Part shown: positions 20,576-29,205 of the stretch, piece after piece | Layout: every line of letters starts with the position of its first letter | Position numbering within the stretch: the first letter of the stretch is position 1 | Source of the DNA: Nitrospiraceae bacterium | GTDB taxonomy: Bacteria > Nitrospirota > Thermodesulfovibrionia > UBA6902 | Assembly (NCBI GenBank): GCA_003599275.1 | Contig: QZJG01000057.1 | Location: forward strand, 6,556-70,555 | Direction of reading: 5' to 3' | Length of the DNA: 64,000 bases | The notes under the pieces: model-generated | Told to the model about the DNA's origin: nothing | The model's input: only the letters and a program-made list of their open reading frames with translations | Databases searched by the model: none | Program-made: the position numbers and the translations under genes

Positions 20576-21016
20576 TCAAGCAATTTCTTTGAAGAAGTTC
20601 CGGTAGTAAACCAGGCTCGACAGGAGCATTGCGCCGCCGAATCCGATGTAGACAACGGCAAGCCAGGGTTTCGGCACGGGCGAATGTCTCAGGCCTGCTC
20701 CCATTCCGATCATAATCAGAATAGTCAGATAACTCTTCCACGGCTGAAAGGCAAAGATACAGACTTTTCCCTCTTTCGAGAGGATACGCCCGATATTTTT
20801 GTGGACCAGTTTTGTAAAACCGAAATGGTATATAAGAAACGCAAGGACCAGGCCTGTTGCACCCGGGCCGACGGCATTTTGCCCGTTCACCTGAGACAGC
20901 CAGTGAACAGCGAGCCTGCAAAGCATAATCCCGACAACACTCCACAATATTCCTGAAAGTAAAATTAAAAACTTCCTGTCTACCGCCGGATCAAACTTCC
21001 TGAAAGTTGTGCGCAT
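20576..21016 (-). CDS. Small integral membrane protein of unknown function (about 4 TM helices)
   Basis: The hydrophobic helices are clear (FLILLSGILWSVVGIML, LVLAFLIYHFGF, YLTILIMIGMGAGL, LAVVYIGFGGAMLLSSLVY). The two competing ORFs on this span look like shadow frames. Confidence 0.6.
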   Translation of the reverse strand: MRTTFRKFDPAVDRKFLILLSGILWSVVGIMLCRLAVHWLSQVNGQNAVGPGATGLVLAFLIYHFGFTKLVHKNIGRILSKEGKVCIFAFQPWKSYLTILIMIGMGAGLRHSPVPKPWLAVVYIGFGGAMLLSSLVYYRNFFKEIA

Positions 21017-21025
21017 GGCTTTCCT

Positions 21026-21724
21026 TTATAAAAATACCTTAAAGAGCAGAAAGGTCACTATCGCGCCGAGCAGCCCGCCTAAAATCACTTCAATAGGCCT
21101 GTGGATGCCCGTGCTTATCCTGCTCTGTGCTATCAGGACAGCCATAAGCACGGCGAGCACGGACGCCATAAAACTTTCGCTGATAAAGGTCACGGCGACC
21201 CACATCGAAAAGGCGACCGCTGAATGGCCGCTCGGCATCCCGCCTCTCAGTGGCTGCCCTTTCCCGAAAAAGGATTTCGACAATACAACGAGTATCAGCA
21301 CAACGATCAGCGCAACGACTGCCACATCGGAGCCGTTGTGTTTCGCGATCCTCAACCCGCTGTAAAAGAAATTTTTTAAGGGCTCGTAAAGAATGATATA
21401 ACCTATAATCGCCGCGCCCAGCGCCGTTATGAGGACCGCCCCTGCGGCCATGTCCTTTATCTGTTTGGCCCTCAGGTCATATTCCTTAAAGAGTATGTCC
21501 GTAATCGACTCGACCGCGCTGTTTAGCATCTCTACCGACAGGACGATGATGGAGAGAGTAATAAGTATTACAAATTCAAACCAGCTTACGCCGATGGTGA
21601 AACTGATGACGAACAGCAATATCGCCGCGTAAAAATGATACCGCATATGCCGCTCCGTTTTTGCGGCATGAAGCACGCCCTCGATGGCGTGGTTGGCGCT
21701 TTCAATCCATTTCCTTAACGGCAT
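21026..21724 (-). CDS. Diacylglycerol/undecaprenol kinase (DgkA) fused to a PAP2 lipid phosphatase
   Basis: The N-terminus is DgkA-like (SANHAIEGVLHAAKTERHMRYHF...EMLNSAVE). The C-terminus carries PAP2 motifs (PSGHS and SRISTGIHRPIEV). Confidence 0.8.
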   Translation of the reverse strand: MPLRKWIESANHAIEGVLHAAKTERHMRYHFYAAILLFVISFTIGVSWFEFVILITLSIIVLSVEMLNSAVESITDILFKEYDLRAKQIKDMAAGAVLITALGAAIIGYIILYEPLKNFFYSGLRIAKHNGSDVAVVALIVVLILVVLSKSFFGKGQPLRGGMPSGHSAVAFSMWVAVTFISESFMASVLAVLMAVLIAQSRISTGIHRPIEVILGGLLGAIVTFLLFKVFL

Positions 21725-22154
21725 TGAATATCTCCCTCTCCTTTTTTATCATCACCTTCGCCCGATGTGCCGACCCCTCATGGTCGTGTCCCAGCAGATG
21801 CAGTATGCCGTGGGCCAGGAGGCGGCAGATTTCGTCGTAAAAGCCCAGACCGTACAGCTTTGCCTGTGATTCCGCCCTGGAAACATTTATGACGATGTCG
21901 CCCAACACATGGTTTGCAGCACATTTTACAGGTATTGCGGCTTCAAATGAAAGTACGTCGGTGGTTTTATTTATCCCCCTGTAAGCGGCGTTGAGCTGCT
22001 TCATCCTTATGTCCCCGACAAAAAAGAGGCTTACCTCCGCCTCCGGCTGCTTTAAAATGGAAAGTATTTTGCGGCCTGCTTTATTGACCCTGGCCTTATT
22101 TAAGGATCTGTGCCTTTGACGGTCTCTTATAAGTATCTTCATCGTCCATTTCAA
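21702..22154 (-). CDS. ybeY: rRNA maturation endoribonuclease YbeY
   Basis: The HGILHLLGHDH zinc motif is present. The start may be the MKILIRD methionine at 22142. The gene overlaps both of its neighbours. Confidence 0.9.
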   Translation of the reverse strand: MKWTMKILIRDRQRHRSLNKARVNKAGRKILSILKQPEAEVSLFFVGDIRMKQLNAAYRGINKTTDVLSFEAAIPVKCAANHVLGDIVINVSRAESQAKLYGLGFYDEICRLLAHGILHLLGHDHEGSAHRAKVMIKKEREIFNAVKEMD

Positions 22155-23589
22155 AGCCGGGATAATTTATTCGCTTGTGGTACATGCTGCTCAGGAGATA
22201 GACAAAGTGGGTCTTGATCTCACGGATATCTTTAAATGTCAATTCGCAATTGTCCAATTGGCCGTCTATGAAACAGTGATTGATGATCCTGTCGACAAGC
22301 ATGGATACACGCGCAGGCGACGTGTCCGAAAGCACCCTTGAGGCCGCTTCAACCGCATCGGCCATGAGCACCAGGGCCGCGACGCGGTTCTGCGGTTTCG
22401 GGCCGGGATACCTGAAATCCTCCTCTGTGACAGGCGTAAGACTGTCGTGCTGCTCCCTCGCTTTCTGGTAAAAAAATGTCTGCACGGAAGTGCCGTGGTG
22501 CTGCTGAATGATATCGACCACCTCCGGAGGGAGTTTATGTTTTTTTGCTAATTCGACCCCTTCCTTCACATGGGACAGCAGTACCAGACTGCTCATGCGG
22601 GGTGTAAGCTTGTCATGCTTGCTCAAAGAGGCTATCTGATTTTCGATAAAATATTCCGGCATCTTGATCTTGCCGATGTCATGGTAGTAGGCGCTCACCC
22701 TCGCAAGCAGCGGGTTTACCCCTACGGTCTCTGCTGCTGCCTCGGCCAGACTCCCCACTATAATGCTGTGGTGATATGTGCCGGGGGCCTCCACCAGGAG
22801 CTCGCGCATAAGCGGCTGGTTGAGATCAAGGAGTTCGAGAAGACTGATATCGGTCGTCAGTTTAAACAGATACTCGAAAAGTGGAAGGAGCGCCGAGACC
22901 AGTATAGCGACTATGAAGCCGTTGGAAAAAGCAGAACCGGCGACCGTCAGACTGCCTGCATCAAACAACTGCTCCCTGAAAAGAGATATGACCAGCGCGG
23001 TAGACAGGCTGACCAGGCTGACATATAAACCTGCCCGCCAGATGGCAGAGCGTTTTTTACACCGTATCACCCCGAAAGCGCCGGCGAGACCCGAGGCAAA
23101 TACAAAGATGGAATAAAGAGGGTCGTTCAGCCACAACCCGGAAAGAAGGCTCGTTATGACCGTAAAGACGATTGCGGTATGGATATCTATCAGCAGCGCG
23201 GCAAGCATCGAGCCCGTAGCAAAAGGCACCGCATAAGCCGCAAACAAAGGGTCAACCGTGCCGACAAATTTAATAAAACCCTGGATAAAGTAGAAGAAGG
23301 TGCGGCAAATTATAATGTTGCCGGACAAAAGTGTCCCGATGAGGAGCAGCAGTTTGTAGTCATGTTTTATCTGGGGCTTGTATCTGATGAAATCCTTATA
23401 GAGTATGAGAAGGAGAAGGGCGCTGATTAAAAAGGTGCCGGTTATCGTCTCAGCAGGCACGGGATTTCCGAGCACCAAAGCGGCGCCAAGGACGGCTGAA
23501 AACGCGACGAGCAATAAAACCTTAAGCAGGACCTCTTTGTCCAGGAACTGTTTTTTCCCGATAGCGAGTTTGTCCTTATCCGCTTTCAT
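22096..23589 (-). CDS. Membrane HD-domain phosphohydrolase (7TM-HD, PgpH-like)
   Basis: Multiple TM helices are followed by an HD domain (HHSIIVGSLAEAAA...YYHDIGK...HH). Its position in a phoH-HD-ybeY-dgkA cluster is typical. Confidence 0.85.
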   Translation of the reverse strand: MKADKDKLAIGKKQFLDKEVLLKVLLLVAFSAVLGAALVLGNPVPAETITGTFLISALLLLILYKDFIRYKPQIKHDYKLLLLIGTLLSGNIIICRTFFYFIQGFIKFVGTVDPLFAAYAVPFATGSMLAALLIDIHTAIVFTVITSLLSGLWLNDPLYSIFVFASGLAGAFGVIRCKKRSAIWRAGLYVSLVSLSTALVISLFREQLFDAGSLTVAGSAFSNGFIVAILVSALLPLFEYLFKLTTDISLLELLDLNQPLMRELLVEAPGTYHHSIIVGSLAEAAAETVGVNPLLARVSAYYHDIGKIKMPEYFIENQIASLSKHDKLTPRMSSLVLLSHVKEGVELAKKHKLPPEVVDIIQQHHGTSVQTFFYQKAREQHDSLTPVTEEDFRYPGPKPQNRVAALVLMADAVEAASRVLSDTSPARVSMLVDRIINHCFIDGQLDNCELTFKDIREIKTHFVYLLSSMYHKRINYPGFEMDDEDTYKRPSKAQILK

Positions 23590-24533
23590 TGCCTATCAAT
23601 ACGGCTTTTTCCAAATTTTTCATAAGCCCTTATGATCTCCTGGACCAGCCTGTGCCTCACCACGTCCTTTTCGGAAAAATAGACGATACTCAGGCCCGTT
23701 ATGTCCTTGAGTATCTTTTCAGCTTCGACAAGACCCGATACCTTTCCAAAAGGAAGATCGATCTGCGTGATGTCCCCGGTAATGACTGTCTTTGAGTTGA
23801 AACCCAGTCTTGTGAGGTACATCTTCATCTGCTCCGAGGTCGTATTCTGCGCCTCATCGAGGATAATGAATGAGTCATTTAGCGTTCTGCCCCTCATGAA
23901 GGCCAGAGGCGCTATCTCAATGACCCCTTTCTCGATCAGCCGGGAGGCCTTTTCAGTCTCCATCATATCAAACAGCGCGTCGTAGAGAGGCCGGAGGTAG
24001 GGATTAATCTTCTCATATAAATCGCCCGGCAGGAAACCAAGTTTCTCCCCGGCCTCGACCGCGGGCCTTGCGAGGATTATCCTGCTTACCTGTTTGTTAA
24101 GCAGCGCGTTTATCGCCATGGCCATGGCCAGATATGTCTTGCCCGTGCCGGCAGGGCCGATGCCGATGACCATATCATACTGTTTTATCGCCTCGATATA
24201 TTTTTTCTGGGCCTCAGATCTCGGTACGATGAATTTCTTTTTCGACGCCACGGGAATGTTGTGTGCAAAAAAATCCTTGAGGGACGACTCGGGTTGGTCC
24301 TTCAGGTCTTTACCGGGGCCGTTCTTCCGGGGTGCAGGAGGAGCGCCCAAATCCGTATCTTCGAGGGCTTTCAGGGCAAATTTAATGTCTTCACGGCTTA
24401 TGCTGTAGCCGCCGGAATTTATCAGGTAAAATTCCCTGATAAACTTTTCAGCCTTGCCGACAGCCCCCGCGTCACCATGCAGAAATATCCTGTTTCCCCT
24501 GATCGAGGCCTTAATGCCAAGCTCCTCTTCCAT
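23586..24533 (-). CDS. phoH: PhoH-like ATPase
   Basis: Walker [14 protein letters not shown] and the ILDEAQN and [11 protein letters not shown] motifs are present. Confidence 0.93.
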   Translation of the reverse strand: MEEELGIKASIRGNRIFLHGDAGAVGKAEKFIREFYLINSGGYSISREDIKFALKALEDTDLGAPPAPRKNGPGKDLKDQPESSLKDFFAHNIPVASKKKFIVPRSEAQKKYIEAIKQYDMVIGIGPAGTGKTYLAMAMAINALLNKQVSRIILARPAVEAGEKLGFLPGDLYEKINPYLRPLYDALFDMMETEKASRLIEKGVIEIAPLAFMRGRTLNDSFIILDEAQNTTSEQMKMYLTRLGFNSKTVITGDITQIDLPFGKVSGLVEAEKILKDITGLSIVYFSEKDVVRHRLVQEIIRAYEKFGKSRIDRQ

Positions 24534-24704
24534 GAGTTTCAGGGTACTCTCAAGACTTCCATATATGGATGAAAGATCTTTTTCTTCGCCAAGATCCAGT
24601 TCGTGCTTTACCGTAAGCTCTCTCCTTGTTGCGTTATTCCATAGATATTATAGATGAAAATATCCAGAAATCAAATGGCTGTACAAAACAGGTACAAAGT
24701 TCCT

Positions 24705-24813
24705 GTCATTGCGAGCCAAAGGCGAAGCAATCTCTTTTTATCGCTCGGGATAAACTCCACAAGCTCAAGCTGTTACAAGGAGATTGCCACGGTCGTATCG
24801 ACCTCGCAATGAC
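24705..24813. repeat. Palindromic repeat, GTCATTGCGAG family, copy 2
   Basis: The sequence is GTCATTGCGAGCCAAAGGCGAAGCAATC...GAGATTGCCACGGTCGTATCGACCTCGCAATGAC. Its loop (CTCTTTTTATCGCTCGGGATAAACTCC..) is shared with copy 5. Confidence 0.9.
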
Positions 24814-24913
24814 ATCAAAGAATCGCGCAATTTAGGTAATATAAATTCTTTTATCTCTGTGTTCTCGGTGTACTCTGTGGTTAATTGCCGTTTTTAGGTT
24901 GGACCTTTGCGCA

Positions 24914-25993
24914 TTATAAAATCAGCATAGCATCGCCGTATGAAAAAAACCTGTACCCGGTGCTCTGTGCCCCGGTATAGACGTCTTTCAGAAGCTCAAG
25001 CCCGGCAAAGGCGGAGGCGAGCATCACCGGTGTCGACATAGGCTGGTGAAAGTTTGTGACGAGGGCGTCAATGATTTTAAATCTGTAACCGGGGTAGATG
25101 AATATCGATGCTGTCCCGGGACCGGAGGTAACCCCATTTTTCGTAGGGGCAACCCTCTGTGGTTGCCCTTGTATTGGGCGGGTACAGGGACCTGCCCCTG
25201 CCGCCGACTCAAGCGCCCGTGTGGCGGTAGTGCCGACTGCGATCACCCTTCTCCCTTCGGCCTTCGCACGATTGACCGCATAGGCCGCGGCTTCGGGTAT
25301 CTCAAAGAATTCTTCGTCCATCCTGTGCTCACTTATGTCCGTGACAGTCACGGGCTTAAACGTGCCGTAACCTACGTAAAGGGTGATCGTCTTGATCTCC
25401 ACTTCTTTGTCCCTTATGAGACTCAGGAGTCCCTCCGTAAAGTGCAGGCCCGCCGTGGGCGCTGCAACAGCCCCTTCTTTTTTTGAATAGACTGTCTGGT
25501 AATGTTCGCGGTCTGCCCGGGTGGATTCTCTTTTTATATAAGGAGGCAGGGGCATTACGCCGATTCGGTTTATTACATCTTTGATATTGGTGTTAAGCGT
25601 ACCTGGAGAGTTAATGTCAAATACTACCTTTGCCATGGTCCCGCTCAACCGGGACACCTTTGCAGTGATATCTCTTTCAATGATGACCTCGCCCTCATGT
25701 ATTCCCTTGACGAGCGCCTCATAGGTGTTTTTCCCAAGCTCTTTCAGGAGCGTTATCTCAGCCTTGCCCCCGGAAGGTTTAATGCCGTAAAGCCGGACCG
25801 GCGTCACCCTGACGTCATTGAGGATGAGCACGTCTCCGGGCCTGAAATAGTCGATGATGTCTCTGAAAAACCTGTGCTCAAGCTTTCCTGCTTGCCTGTC
25901 GAGTATAAGCAGTCTTGAGGAATCTCTCTCCGGCAGGGGGTGCTGCGCTATATTTTCTTGTGACAACTGATAATCGAAATCGGAAAGCTTCAT
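24914..25993 (-). CDS. queA: S-adenosylmethionine:tRNA ribosyltransferase-isomerase
   Basis: I recognise MKLSDFDY.L....IAQ.P...RD.SRLL, GLHFT, VGTT..R.LES, IFIYPGY.F...DAL.TNFH.P.S and the FSYGDAM end. Confidence 0.93.
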   Translation of the reverse strand: MKLSDFDYQLSQENIAQHPLPERDSSRLLILDRQAGKLEHRFFRDIIDYFRPGDVLILNDVRVTPVRLYGIKPSGGKAEITLLKELGKNTYEALVKGIHEGEVIIERDITAKVSRLSGTMAKVVFDINSPGTLNTNIKDVINRIGVMPLPPYIKRESTRADREHYQTVYSKKEGAVAAPTAGLHFTEGLLSLIRDKEVEIKTITLYVGYGTFKPVTVTDISEHRMDEEFFEIPEAAAYAVNRAKAEGRRVIAVGTTATRALESAAGAGPCTRPIQGQPQRVAPTKNGVTSGPGTASIFIYPGYRFKIIDALVTNFHQPMSTPVMLASAFAGLELLKDVYTGAQSTGYRFFSYGDAMLIL

Positions 25994-25997
25994 AACC

Positions 25998-27125
25998 TTA
26001 TGGTATATTGCGGGAACTTAACTCCTCAGTATTCTTTATCGTTGTGCCGGGGTAAAAGTGTTCGAGTATTTCCCTGTAATTTCTCCCCTCTTTTGCCATT
26101 TCAAGCGCGCCCCACTGGCTAAGTCCAACGCCGTGGCCATAACCTTTCCCGTCAAAGATAATCTCCGTATCGGTCTTTTTGATTGAAAAGTCGGTGCTGG
26201 GCAATTCCTTGTATCCAAGCGCTCTCCGGAGCTCCGTCGCGATCACTTCCTTCACTTCATTGGTTTCGGTAAGGAGCTTGAGCGTCCGTGCGCGGCCAGT
26301 TGCCGTATAAGAGGCAATATATATGTCCTTAAGTCCGGTTATGCCGAGGGCCCTGCTGATTTCCTCAGGCGAAAAACGCCTCTGCCAGCTCTCGTAAGGG
26401 GCGTTCTTGCAATTGCACTCCACTGACTTGAGATAAGGGAAACTTTCCTTCCAGACCTCTTCGGGAAGCTCTGTCCTGCCTTCACACGTCGCGTGATAAA
26501 AGGCCTTTACCGGGTCCCTTCCGTACATCAGTATCTCTCCTTTTGTAGCGTTCACCGCCCTTTTAACCGCAGGCTCGACATCCTCGCCCTCCTTATAAAG
26601 CTGATGAAGCACGCTTGACGTCAGATGGAACCGGTCCCCTGAATTGATGTTTTTGTAAAGCAAAGCATAAGTCCTCGATATGACTGCCTGCGCCTTCATG
26701 GCCTCTATCTCCCAATCCTTGCCCAGCTCCGAGGCAACAACCCCCTCGATATACTTCTCAAAGGGCAGGTTATTAATGACATGAAGTCCGTTTTTGTCCC
26801 GCAGGATTTCAAACGAGCCCGAATAAGATTGACCGCTAAAAAAAATCTTGCCCGTTAACCCTTCGACTTTCTCCGCATCTGCCGAAGGTAATGGTTGGCC
26901 GGGGGATTCGAGCATGAGGACCTTGATGGTGTCGTCGGCAAAAGTTACAACTGCGGAAAGGGAAGACAGGACCAGCGTTGCAGTCATTGCGAGGACCCGA
27001 AGGGTCCGTGGCAATCTGGCACGGACCGCCATGTTACACAAAGCAATGAATCTTGCGAGATTGCTTCGGTCGTATCGACCTCGCAATGACAGCTCTCCGG
27101 CAAAGGGATTGCAATAATTTGTCAT
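25998..27125 (-). CDS. SpoIID/LytB domain protein; start uncertain (27125 or 26987)
   Basis: The SpoIID core is present (AQAVISRTYAL, FYHATCEGRTE, GHGVGLSQWGA). Residues 13-48 of the track ORF are a translated GTCATTGCGAG-family repeat. MTATLVLSSLSAVVTFA (ATG at 26987) would be a normal signal peptide. Confidence 0.85.
   Translation of the reverse strand: MTNYCNPFAGELSLRGRYDRSNLARFIALCNMAVRARLPRTLRVLAMTATLVLSSLSAVVTFADDTIKVLMLESPGQPLPSADAEKVEGLTGKIFFSGQSYSGSFEILRDKNGLHVINNLPFEKYIEGVVASELGKDWEIEAMKAQAVISRTYALLYKNINSGDRFHLTSSVLHQLYKEGEDVEPAVKRAVNATKGEILMYGRDPVKAFYHATCEGRTELPEEVWKESFPYLKSVECNCKNAPYESWQRRFSPEEISRALGITGLKDIYIASYTATGRARTLKLLTETNEVKEVIATELRRALGYKELPSTDFSIKKTDTEIIFDGKGYGHGVGLSQWGALEMAKEGRNYREILEHFYPGTTIKNTEELSSRNIP
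26983..27090. repeat. Palindromic repeat, GTCATTGCGAG family, copy 3, inside the 5' end of the spoIID ORF
   Basis: The sequence is GTCATTGCGAGGACCCGAAGGGTCCGTGGCAATC...GAGATTGCTTCGGTCGTATCGACCTCGCAATGAC. Confidence 0.9.
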
Positions 27126-27128
27126 ATG

Positions 27129-27344
27129 TTACTTCCTTCCCAAAAAATAAAATATCAGACTCAGGATTATGCTCAGTAGAATACTCGTCGCCAGGGGAAA
27201 ATAGAAGGTAAAGTTCTTTCTCTGGATAACGATATCACCAGGAAGCTTTCCCCCAAAAGGAATGTTCCTGAACAAAAGCAGAAAAGCGCCGATGGCAGCG
27301 ATTATGAGACCCGTTACAAGTAGAAATTTTCCTATATCCGACAT
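27129..27344 (-). CDS. DUF2905-like small membrane protein
   Basis: The sequence MSDIGKFLLVTGLIIAAIGAFLLLF...GKLPGDI..... has two TM helices. I chose the ATG at 27344, just after the queH stop. Confidence 0.7.
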   Translation of the reverse strand: MSDIGKFLLVTGLIIAAIGAFLLLFRNIPFGGKLPGDIVIQRKNFTFYFPLATSILLSIILSLIFYFLGRK

Positions 27345-27352
27345 AGTCTCAT

Positions 27353-27997
27353 TTACTCCCTTGTTCTCCTGCTCAGTTCTTTGGCCTTTACCTCCTCCTC
27401 TCTTTCCTGTCTGCTGTAAACGCACCCGCAATACTTTTGTCTGTAAAGGCCGAGTTCTTTCGAAAGGGCTATCGCGTCCCTGAAATGCGGCCTGAAGTCC
27501 TTCTCGTAGAAAGCGACCTTATGCTTTTCAGAGAGCTCCTTACCGGTAGTTACAATCCGGTCATAGTCCTGATAAGGGCTGATGAGCAGCGTTGTAGAAA
27601 AGGCATCAAAGCCCTCATCACTTGCCGACCTGGCGGTCTTTTCAAGTCTGAGCCGGTAGCATGATTTACACCGTTCGGGGAAAGGAGGTGCATTGTCATT
27701 GCGAGCCGTAGGCGAAGCAATCACATTCTCAGGAGATTGCTTCGTCGTTTCACTCCTCGCAATGACATATCGGACATGTTCAAAATATTCTTCCGGCTTG
27801 TATTCATTCTCATAAATCATTTCAACATGCCATATGTCAGACAGTTTTTTCAGAGAGTTAAGCCTCAATTGATACTCTTCATGCGGGTGAATATTGGGGT
27901 TATACCAAAAGCCGGTGAAGTCGTGCCCGTCTGAACGCGACAGTTTAATGGGGTAAAGGGCACAATTGCCGCAACATATGTGGAAAAGGATTTTCAT
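27353..27997 (-). CDS. queH: Epoxyqueuosine reductase QueH (DUF208), carrying a 24-codon in-frame repeat insertion
   Basis: It has the N-terminal HICCGNC motif, NIHP..EY, and ERC.SCY.LRLE.TA. Codons VIARSETTKQSPENVIASPTARND correspond exactly to repeat copy 4. Confidence 0.85.
   Translation of the reverse strand: MKILFHICCGNCALYPIKLSRSDGHDFTGFWYNPNIHPHEEYQLRLNSLKKLSDIWHVEMIYENEYKPEEYFEHVRYVIARSETTKQSPENVIASPTARNDNAPPFPERCKSCYRLRLEKTARSASDEGFDAFSTTLLISPYQDYDRIVTTGKELSEKHKVAFYEKDFRPHFRDAIALSKELGLYRQKYCGCVYSRQEREEEVKAKELSRRTRE
27695..27766. repeat. Palindromic repeat, GTCATTGCGAG family, copy 4 (72 bp, inside queH)
   Basis: The sequence is GTCATTGCGAGCCGTAGGCGAAGCAATCACATTCTCAGGAGATTGCTTCGTCGTTTCACTCCTCGCAATGAC. 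Its length is a multiple of 3 and it has no stop codon in the queH frame. Confidence 0.9.
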
Positions 27998-28021
27998 GGT
28001 TGATTACATATACATGGTACT

Positions 28022-28158
28022 GTCATTGCGAGCAGGTCCCTCGCTTCGTCATTGCGGGCCAAAGGCGAATCAAGCTCTTTTTATTGCTCGGGATAAACTC
28101 CGCAATCTCAACCTGCTTTCAAAGATTGCTTCGGGGACTTTTGTCCCCTCGCAATGAC
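28022..28158. repeat. Palindromic repeat, GTCATTGCGAG family, copy 5 (composite, two left arms)
   Basis: GTCATTGCGAG sits at 28022, GTCATTGCGGG at 28048, and the right arm ends in CCCCTCGCAATGAC at 28158. It lies between queH and ruvB. Confidence 0.9.
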
Positions 28159-28183
28159 ATTTGCAAGCAGCCTTCTTTTAAAC

Positions 28184-29200
28184 TCAAAACAAATCTTCGC
28201 CTTTCTTTAACCCGAAATGCTCATACGCCCGTTTCGTTGCGACCCTGCCCCTCGGCGTCCTTTCGAGGAACCCTTCCTGCAAAAGGAACGGCTCATACAC
28301 GTCCTCGATCGTGTCCCTTTCTTCCCTTATCGAAGCGGCAAGCGTCTCAAGCCCGACCGGGCCGCCGCTGTATTTTTCTATAATCGCGAGAAGGAGTTTC
28401 CTGTCCATCTCATCGAAACCCATAATATCGACGTCCATTGCGTGAAGGGCTTCCTTTGTAATTCCCAGTTCAATCACCCCCGTGCCTTTTACCTGCGCAA
28501 AATCCCTTGTGCGCCGGAGAAGGCGGTTTGCTATCCTCGGCGTCCCCCTTGACCTTCCGGCGATCTCGGCTGCCGCATCGCCTTTGATCTCCGAATTCAG
28601 AATTATTGCAGAACGAAGAAGTATCCGCTCGAGGTCTTTGGGCACATAAAAATCCAGTCGGTTAATTATTCCAAACCGGTCTCTCAACGGTGAGGTCAGC
28701 AGGCCGGTCCTCGTTGTAGCGCCGATTAACGTAAATCGGGGCAGGTTCAATTTAAGAGACCGGGCGCTCGGTCCCTGTCCTATAATGATATCAAGCTGAT
28801 AATCCTCCATTGCGGGGTAGAGGATTTCTTCCGCCATCCTCGGGAGCCTGTGGATCTCATCAATGAAGAGGATGTCTTTTTCGCCAAGGTTCGTGAGTAT
28901 GGCCGCGAGGTCCCCCGGCCTCTCAAGCACCGGACCGGAAGTCACCTTAATCTCCGCCCCGATTTCAAGAGCGATTATGTGGGCCAGTGTTGTCTTGCCA
29001 AGACCCGGAGGCCCGCAGAACAGAACGTGATCAAGCGCCTCGTTCCGCTGCTTCGCAGCCTGAATGAAGACTTTGAGGTTCTCTTTAATCTTGTCCTGTC
29101 CGACAAAGTCATCAAATGTCCTCGGTCTTACGCTCAGCTCAAAGTTTATGTCGTCCGGGATGACTTCGGGTGCAATGCTTCTTTGCGGTATGTCTTTCAT
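28184..29200 (-). CDS. ruvB: Holliday junction branch migration helicase RuvB
   Basis: Walker [12 protein letters not shown] and the [14 protein letters not shown] and RFG motifs are present. The ATG is only 5 nt from the repeat arm at 29206. Confidence 0.97.
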   Translation of the reverse strand: MKDIPQRSIAPEVIPDDINFELSVRPRTFDDFVGQDKIKENLKVFIQAAKQRNEALDHVLFCGPPGLGKTTLAHIIALEIGAEIKVTSGPVLERPGDLAAILTNLGEKDILFIDEIHRLPRMAEEILYPAMEDYQLDIIIGQGPSARSLKLNLPRFTLIGATTRTGLLTSPLRDRFGIINRLDFYVPKDLERILLRSAIILNSEIKGDAAAEIAGRSRGTPRIANRLLRRTRDFAQVKGTGVIELGITKEALHAMDVDIMGFDEMDRKLLLAIIEKYSGGPVGLETLAASIREERDTIEDVYEPFLLQEGFLERTPRGRVATKRAYEHFGLKKGEDLF

Positions 29201-29205
29201 GGATT

